Shown here in pieces: positions 58,036-64,000 of a stretch of DNA of 64,000 nucleotides. Below the pieces are notes generated by a model, which had not been told where the DNA came from, did not search any database, and saw nothing but the letters and a program-made list of their open reading frames with translations. Each line of letters opens with the position of its first letter. Position 1 is the first letter of the stretch. The position numbers were made by a program, and so were the translations under genes. The DNA lies in the NCBI RefSeq assembly GCF_001677475.2, contig NZ_CP015229.1; one strand, written 5' to 3'. The DNA is from Escherichia coli. GTDB lineage: Bacteria > Pseudomonadota > Gammaproteobacteria > Enterobacterales > Enterobacteriaceae.

Positions 58036-60297
58036 ATGACAATTCTTAATCACACCCTCGGTTTCCCTCGCGTTGGCCTGCGTCGCGAGCTGAAAAAAGC
58101 GCAAGAAAGTTATTGGGCGGGGAACTCCACGCGTGAAGAATTACTGGCAGTAGGGCGTGAATTGCGTGCTCGTCACTGGGATCAACAAAAGCAGGCGGGT
58201 ATCGACCTGCTGCCGGTGGGCGATTTTGCCTGGTACGATCATGTTCTGACCACCAGCCTGCTGCTGGGTAACGTTCCGGCGCGTCATCAGAATAAAGACG
58301 GTTCGGTGGATATCGACACCCTGTTCCGTATTGGTCGCGGTCGTGCGCCAACTGGTGAACCTGCGGCGGCGGCAGAAATGACCAAATGGTTTAACACCAA
58401 CTATCACTACATGGTGCCGGAATTCGTTAAAGGCCAACAGTTCAAACTGACCTGGACGCAGCTGCTGGATGAAGTAGACGAGGCGCTGGCGTTGGGTCAC
58501 AAGGTGAAACCTGTGCTTCTGGGGCCGGTTACCTGGCTGTGGCTGGGTAAGGTGAAAGGTGAACAGTTTGACCGCCTGAGCCTGCTGAACGACATTCTGC
58601 CGGTTTATCAGCAGGTTCTGGCAGAACTGGCCAAACGTGGTATTGAGTGGGTACAGATTGACGAACCGGCGCTGGTGCTGGAACTGCCGCAGGCGTGGCT
58701 GGATGCGTATAAACCTGCTTACGATGCACTCCAGGGGCAGGTGAAACTGCTGCTGACCACCTATTTTGAAGGTGTAACGCCAAACCTTGACACGATTACT
58801 GCGCTGCCTGTTCAGGGGCTGCATGTGGACCTTGTACATGGTAAAGATGACGTTGTTGAACTGCACAAGCGTTTGCCTTCTGACTGGTTGCTGTCTGCGG
58901 GTCTGATCAATGGTCGTAACGTCTGGCGCGCCGATCTCACCGAGAAATATGCGCAAATTAAGGACATTGTCGGCAAACGTGATTTGTGGGTGGCATCTTC
59001 CTGCTCACTGCTGCATAGCCCCATCGACCTGAGCGTGGAAACGCGTCTTGATGTAGAAGTGAAAAGCTGGTTTGCCTTCGCCCTACAAAAATGCCATGAA
59101 CTGGCACTGCTGCGCGATGCGCTGAACAGTGGTGACACGGCAGCTCTGGCAGAGTGGAGCGCCCCAATTCAGGCGCGTCGTCACTCAACCCGCGTACATA
59201 ATCCGGCGGTAGAAAAGCGTCTGGCAGCGATCACCGCCCAGGACAGCCAGCGTGAGAATGTCTATGAAGTGCGTGCCGAAGCTCAGCGTGCGCGTTTTAA
59301 ACTGCCAGCGTGGCCGACCACCACGATTGGTTCTTTCCCGCAAACCACGGAAATTCGTACCCTGCGTCTGGATTTCAAAAAGGGTAATCTCGACGCCAAC
59401 AACTACCGCACGGGCATTGCGGAACATATCAAGCAGGCCATTGTTGAGCAGGAACGTTTAGGACTGGATGTGCTGGTACATGGCGAGGCTGAGCGTAATG
59501 ACATGGTGGAATACTTTGGCGAGCACCTCGACGGGTTTGTCTTTACGCAAAACGGTTGGGTACAGAGCTACGGTTCCCGCTGCGTGAAGCCACCGATTGT
59601 TATTGGTGACGTTAGCCGCCCGGCACCGATTACCGTGGAGTGGGCGAAGTATGCGCAATCGCTGACCGACAAACCGGTGAAAGGGATGCTGACCGGCCCG
59701 GTGACGATTCTCTGCTGGTCGTTCCCGCGTGAAGATGTCAGCCGTGAAACCATCGCCAAACAAATTGCGCTGGCGCTGCGTGATGAAGTGGCGGACCTGG
59801 AAGCCGCAGGAATTGGCATCATCCAGATTGATGAACCGGCGCTGCGCGAAGGTTTACCGCTGCGTCGCAGCGACTGGGATGCCTATCTCCAGTGGGGCGT
59901 GGAGGCTTTCCGTATCAACGCCGCCGTGGCGAAAGATGACACACAAATCCACACTCACATGTGTTACTGCGAGTTCAACGACATCATGGATTCGATTGCT
60001 GCACTGGACGCAGACGTCATCACCATCGAAACCTCGCGTTCTGACATGGAGTTGCTGGAGTCGTTCGAAGAGTTTGATTATCCGAATGAAATCGGTCCAG
60101 GCGTCTATGACATTCACTCGCCAAACGTACCGAGCGTGGAATGGATTGAAGCCTTGCTGAAGAAAGCGGCAAAACGCATTCCGGCAGAGCGCCTGTGGGT
60201 CAACCCGGACTGTGGCCTGAAAACGCGCGGCTGGCCAGAAACCCGCGCGGCACTGGCGAACATGGTGCAGGCGGCGCAGAATTTGCGTCGGGGATGA
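58036..60297 (+). CDS. metE: Cobalamin-independent methionine synthase
   Basis: 753-aa translation [48 protein letters not shown]... Confidence 0.96.
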   Translation: MTILNHTLGFPRVGLRRELKKAQESYWAGNSTREELLAVGRELRARHWDQQKQAGIDLLPVGDFAWYDHVLTTSLLLGNVPARHQNKDGSVDIDTLFRIGRGRAPTGEPAAAAEMTKWFNTNYHYMVPEFVKGQQFKLTWTQLLDEVDEALALGHKVKPVLLGPVTWLWLGKVKGEQFDRLSLLNDILPVYQQVLAELAKRGIEWVQIDEPALVLELPQAWLDAYKPAYDALQGQVKLLLTTYFEGVTPNLDTITALPVQGLHVDLVHGKDDVVELHKRLPSDWLLSAGLINGRNVWRADLTEKYAQIKDIVGKRDLWVASSCSLLHSPIDLSVETRLDVEVKSWFAFALQKCHELALLRDALNSGDTAALAEWSAPIQARRHSTRVHNPAVEKRLAAITAQDSQRENVYEVRAEAQRARFKLPAWPTTTIGSFPQTTEIRTLRLDFKKGNLDANNYRTGIAEHIKQAIVEQERLGLDVLVHGEAERNDMVEYFGEHLDGFVFTQNGWVQSYGSRCVKPPIVIGDVSRPAPITVEWAKYAQSLTDKPVKGMLTGPVTILCWSFPREDVSRETIAKQIALALRDEVADLEAAGIGIIQIDEPALREGLPLRRSDWDAYLQWGVEAFRINAAVAKDDTQIHTHMCYCEFNDIMDSIAALDADVITIETSRSDMELLESFEEFDYPNEIGPGVYDIHSPNVPSVEWIEALLKKAAKRIPAERLWVNPDCGLKTRGWPETRAALANMVQAAQNLRRG

Positions 60298-60333
60298 TGA
60301 ATATTAACGAGTCACTGTAAATTGCAGTACGAT

Positions 60334-60364
60334 AATGGCTTCCAGCACTGGAAGCCATTTTGCT
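60334..60364 (+). terminator. Intrinsic terminator after metE
   Basis: aatggcttcca / tggaagccatt stem followed by ttttgct. Confidence 0.65.
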
Positions 60365-60390
60365 ATGTGTGCTGGGTATTAAAAGGATTC

Positions 60391-61287
60391 TCAGGAACAG
60401 AAAATTAATTGCGGATTTCTTAAATATTCCATGCACCACTGGCAGGCTTTGCCCATACCATCGGAACGAGCGGCAAGAAATAACTTGGTGGCGTGTTTAT
60501 GTTCGCGCATTGGCTTTTTAAGCAATTTACCGCTGTTTAATAATGGCAATGCCAGATGATGTGGAATATAGCCAATACCGACGTTTTGTTCTATTAAGGC
60601 GATTGCCGTAGCGAAGTCAGGAACAAAAATGGGTTTTTGTCCTTCCAACAGCCAGGCTTGCATCGGGGGAAAGTTAACGGAGGTATCGCGGATACAAACC
60701 GCCGGATAATGACGCAATTCACTGTTTTCTAATGGATGCCGCTTCGCTGCCAGTGGGTGGAGTGGGCTGACGACAAAATCCCATTCCATTTGTCCGATCG
60801 GTTCGCTAATGATGCCTTCACTGCTTGGCACTGCATGAGGAGCACCGTAGACCAGATCGGCACGCTTACTGTACAGAGCATCCCAGCAGCCGTTGTATAC
60901 CTCAAGATCAACCGTCAGCGTTGTTGATGTGAATTGCCGTTCAAAATCTCGAATAAATGCCACCAGCAAATCACCAGGAATAATATTGTTCACCGCAATT
61001 GTTAGTTCACGCTCAATACCATCGTGAATCAGCACTGTGTTGCGCTTTAATGCTTCCAGGTCGCCAAGAATAGTTTTGCTATGTTCGATGAAGTAACTCC
61101 CCGCCGGAGATAATTCAATATAGCGTCCCTTACGAATGAACAGTTCAACGCCCAGGCTCTCTTCCGCTTTCTTGATGGTGTAACTGATGGCGGAAGGGAC
61201 TTTATTTAACTGCTCGGCTGCGGTGGTAATGCTCTGGTGTCTGGCGACCAGATGAATAACACGAAGCGTTTCGTCTGAGATGAACAT
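60391..61287 (-). CDS. LysR-family regulator, AllS-like (allantoin-regulon activator paralog)
   Basis: 298-aa translation MFISDETLRVIHLVARHQSITTAAEQLNKVPSAISYTIKKAEESLGVELF...; motifs NDGIERE...IAVNN, W-DFVVSPLHPLA, YPAVCIRD, GQKPIFVPD, GIGYIP resemble AllS as I remember it. Confidence 0.75.
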   Translation of the reverse strand: MFISDETLRVIHLVARHQSITTAAEQLNKVPSAISYTIKKAEESLGVELFIRKGRYIELSPAGSYFIEHSKTILGDLEALKRNTVLIHDGIERELTIAVNNIIPGDLLVAFIRDFERQFTSTTLTVDLEVYNGCWDALYSKRADLVYGAPHAVPSSEGIISEPIGQMEWDFVVSPLHPLAAKRHPLENSELRHYPAVCIRDTSVNFPPMQAWLLEGQKPIFVPDFATAIALIEQNVGIGYIPHHLALPLLNSGKLLKKPMREHKHATKLFLAARSDGMGKACQWCMEYLRNPQLIFCS

Positions 61288-61364
61288 AAGGCTCCCTGGT
61301 CAGTGGTAAAGTGGCTGAATCTCTCCAGATTCAGCCGTAATCATTGCTTGAGTATACTCAGGAA

Positions 61365-62588
61365 TTAGCGGCGTTGACTTGCCCGACTGAGAATCGCATA
61401 CGCGATACATGCCACCAGAATCGAGTCTACCGAAGGGATCGTCGTCAGGGTGAATAAGCCTTTGACGGTCATAAAGCCAACCGCTGCGCCTATGATCCAT
61501 GCCGCGAATGTCAGCACTTTAATCTGTGACTCCTGGGCTAACACTGACTCTTGATAGCCATTACGGCGATAAAGGAAAAAGTCAGCGATATAAATTCCGG
61601 CAACGGGTGGCGTGGCGATACCGAGGAACAGCAGAAACGGAATAAACCACGCCATAATATCCAGACTGCCTACGATGGCGGAAAGGATACCCAGCGCCAC
61701 GGTAATCTGCCATTTTGGAAAGCGGGTAAGCAGTGTGGAAACCACCAGCGTGCCCTGGAACATATTGCCCGCGTTACCGGTGACGCAGGCGAAAATCAAC
61801 AACAGCGCCGCGGGCAGAACCGCACCGAATACCGCCATAGCACCCAGTAAAGATCCCTGACCACTAATGGCGCTCGGCGTTGCACCCGCCCAGTAGAGCA
61901 GAGGGTAGGCAACCAGAAACGTCACGCTTGCGGCAATCAGCGCATGTTTGCGGTTATGCACAAAACTACCGAAATCAGGCAGTGTGGCAACCAGCACAAT
62001 AATGGTGCCAACAACGGTGGAAACGGCGACACCCGTATTCATCTCCACAATCGCCGCTGGTGCTGTCACTTCGGTATGGGTTGCCACATAGAGGATGTAA
62101 CACAGCACCAGCGCGATAACCGGCACGGCAACCTGGGCAATTTTTCCCAGAACGGCAAAACCAAATGCCGTAGAGGCGATAAAAATGACACAGCCAGCCG
62201 CCACTAACAGTGCTAGTGGAACTTCCAGTCCATGTTGAGCCAGTAAGTCATGTACCGAATGACCAAACATATTGGCGGTAACGGCAATCCAGCCGAACAG
62301 ACTTATCGCCATCAAAATGTTAATGGCGATGGCCCCTTTTTCGCCAAACGAATATTTCACAATGCCATACGTTGGCAGGCGGGCTTTTTCTCCCACGCTA
62401 ATAGTGATGGCTGAAAGTAAGGTCAGAATGACGCCGCCTAACAATACGACGCTAATTAAACTGCCGCTGGAAAGTTGATTGCCGAGGCTTGAGGATGACA
62501 ACAGCACAGGTGTGACGGCAATACCCAACAAAATCATGGCAATACGCAATCCTGATGCCGTATTCAGACTCTCTTCTTTTTTACGCAT
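61365..62588 (-). CDS. NCS1-family permease, CodB-like (cytosine/purine/ureide-type transporter)
   Basis: 407-aa polytopic membrane protein; blocks YSFGEKG, LPDFGSFVHNRK, PPVAGIYIADFFLYRR align with CodB FSFGVKG, TADFVRFGRNAK, PPVGGVIIADYLMNRR. Confidence 0.75.
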   Translation of the reverse strand: MRKKEESLNTASGLRIAMILLGIAVTPVLLSSSSLGNQLSSGSLISVVLLGGVILTLLSAITISVGEKARLPTYGIVKYSFGEKGAIAINILMAISLFGWIAVTANMFGHSVHDLLAQHGLEVPLALLVAAGCVIFIASTAFGFAVLGKIAQVAVPVIALVLCYILYVATHTEVTAPAAIVEMNTGVAVSTVVGTIIVLVATLPDFGSFVHNRKHALIAASVTFLVAYPLLYWAGATPSAISGQGSLLGAMAVFGAVLPAALLLIFACVTGNAGNMFQGTLVVSTLLTRFPKWQITVALGILSAIVGSLDIMAWFIPFLLFLGIATPPVAGIYIADFFLYRRNGYQESVLAQESQIKVLTFAAWIIGAAVGFMTVKGLFTLTTIPSVDSILVACIAYAILSRASQRR

Positions 62589-62613
62589 AGTATGTTCCCT
62601 TTAAAAATGCGCG

Positions 62614-63003
62614 TTACACAGTATGAAAATGCCCGGTGTATTTGCGCCAGCTACCCAGTTCTGTAATTTCCCGTTGGCCTTCTGTGAGCCAGTTTTCAGC
62701 CAGTACACCGAGCACTTCGCTACCATCGGCAAGTTTGATTTTGCCTATTGCCAGCCCGGCAGGTTCGCTCATTAACAGAGCGGCAAAACTGGCCAGCGGT
62801 AGTTGCCAAATTTCTACGTCGACGTGTGTTCCACCTTCATTCACGCGAATCATTCCTGGATGGCGATCGTTAATACTCCACAGCCGGTAATGGGCGTCAG
62901 TTCTGTCTTCACGGACAAAAATGCCGCCCGCTTTTTGCATATTTGGGTTAAGTTCCAGGCCGCGCATCAGTGTTCCGTTAACGGCTAAAAGCGTTGTAGT
63001 CAT
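62614..63003 (-). CDS. Stand-alone AIG2/GGCT-fold protein resembling the C-terminal domain of allophanate hydrolase
   Basis: 129-aa translation MTTTLLAVNGTLMRGLELNPNMQKAGG...AHYRLWSI...VDVEIWQLPLASFAALL...LAIGKIKLADGSEVLGVLAE...ELGSWRKY follows the conserved pattern of that domain as I remember it. Confidence 0.6.
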   Translation of the reverse strand: MTTTLLAVNGTLMRGLELNPNMQKAGGIFVREDRTDAHYRLWSINDRHPGMIRVNEGGTHVDVEIWQLPLASFAALLMSEPAGLAIGKIKLADGSEVLGVLAENWLTEGQREITELGSWRKYTGHFHTV

Positions 63004-63019
63004 TATGTTCTCCAGAAAA

Positions 63020-63976
63020 TTAAAGGGTTATCCATGTACCGCTCTGATGCGCCAGGGCCGCTTTTATGGTTTGCGGTGAGGTAATCAGGCCGCTGGCCTG
63101 TTTGCCTTGTTGCTGGCTGGTATTGATGAAATCAACAATGGCTTCCACTTTGGGTTGCATACTGCCGACACCAAATTGACCTTCCCGCAACAGTGTTTGC
63201 GCTTCGGCAACGCTAATGGCGTCGAGCCACTGTTGTTGTGGTGTACCAAAGTTAATCGCCACTTTTTCTACTCCGGTGGGTATCACCAGCAGATCCGCAC
63301 CTAACTGACTGGCGAGCAGCGCGGAGGCCAGATCTTTATCGATCACGGCTTCCACACCTTTCAGTTGTTGCCCGTCTCGCACCACCGGAATGCCGCCGCC
63401 GCCGCAGGCAATAACCAGATATCCCTGTCGCACCAGATGAGCGATGGTGTTGTGTTCAATAATTTCCAGTGGCGCAGGAGAGGGAACCGTACGCCGCCAC
63501 CCGCGCCCGGCATCCTCCATCAGAGTCCAGCCGAGCTGCTGCTGGCGTTGTTGGGCCGTTGCTTCATCGAGAAACGCGCCAATCGGTTTACTGGGGCTGG
63601 CGAAAGCATCGTCATGTGGGCTAACTCGCGTTTGTGTCACTAGCGCAATTACCGGTTTGTTTATGCCACGGCGAGCGAGTTCGTTATGCAGCGCCTTCTG
63701 GAACATGTAGCCAATTGCGCCTTGTGTATCACCCACGGCGTAATCAAGCGGAACCGGAGAAACTTCGTTACAAGCAAGTTCAGAGCGACGCAGAATAAAG
63801 CCCACCTGCGGTCCATTACCGTGGGTTAGCACCAGATCCCATCCGGCTTCAACCATATCAACGATATGCTGCACGCTTTCCATCACTGCAACATATTGAT
63901 CGGGAATACTATTGTGTTGATCGTCTTGAATGAGCGCATTGCCGCCAACCGCGACAACAGCCAGTGGCTTAACCAT
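63020..63976 (-). CDS. Carbamate kinase-family protein (YahI/YbcF/YqeA-like paralog)
   Basis: 318-aa translation MVKPLAVVAVGGNALIQDD...DLVLTHGNGPQVG...DTQGAIGYM...KPIGAF...EDAGRGWRR...ACGGGGIPVV...VIDKDL; SD aaaggag 7 nt upstream of ATG. Confidence 0.85.
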   Translation of the reverse strand: MVKPLAVVAVGGNALIQDDQHNSIPDQYVAVMESVQHIVDMVEAGWDLVLTHGNGPQVGFILRRSELACNEVSPVPLDYAVGDTQGAIGYMFQKALHNELARRGINKPVIALVTQTRVSPHDDAFASPSKPIGAFLDEATAQQRQQQLGWTLMEDAGRGWRRTVPSPAPLEIIEHNTIAHLVRQGYLVIACGGGGIPVVRDGQQLKGVEAVIDKDLASALLASQLGADLLVIPTGVEKVAINFGTPQQQWLDAISVAEAQTLLREGQFGVGSMQPKVEAIVDFINTSQQQGKQASGLITSPQTIKAALAHQSGTWITL

Positions 63977-64000
63977 GATGATTCTCCTTTGCGACGATCT

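Overview
This window reads as an Escherichia coli-type chromosomal core segment in K-12-like gene order: ilvA(3' part)-ilvY-ilvC-ppiC-yifN-rep-gpp-rhlB-trxA-rhoL-rho, the complete 12-gene enterobacterial common antigen cluster (wecA to wecG), yifK, the argX-hisR-leuT-proM tRNA operon, aslB-aslA, GlmZ sRNA, hemYXDC, cyaA-cyaY, lptM-dapF-yigA-xerC-yigB-uvrD, yigE, corA, yigF-yigG, rarD, yigI, pldA, recQ, rhtC-rhtB, pldB, yigL, yigM, metR-metE. All assignments were made by eye from the supplied translations and the nucleotide sequence; no database search or computation was run. Three places do not fit the K-12 order as I remember it. First, a lower-GC cluster starts right after the metE terminator and runs off the window end: an AllS-like LysR regulator, a CodB-like NCS1 permease, a stand-alone allophanate-hydrolase-C-terminal-like protein and a carbamate kinase paralog. 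This is the best candidate for an undescribed system, probably a nitrogen-heterocycle or ureide catabolic module. Second, an extra gene for a signal-peptide-bearing DUF62 (SAM hydroxide adenosyltransferase fold) protein sits between uvrD and yigE. Third, there are AT-rich islets with orphan genes (PemK/MazF-like yifN; yigF/yigG). A hexanucleotide tandem repeat inside hemX and several homopolymer tracts in promoter regions are also noted. No CRISPR array, IS element, integrase or prophage was found.
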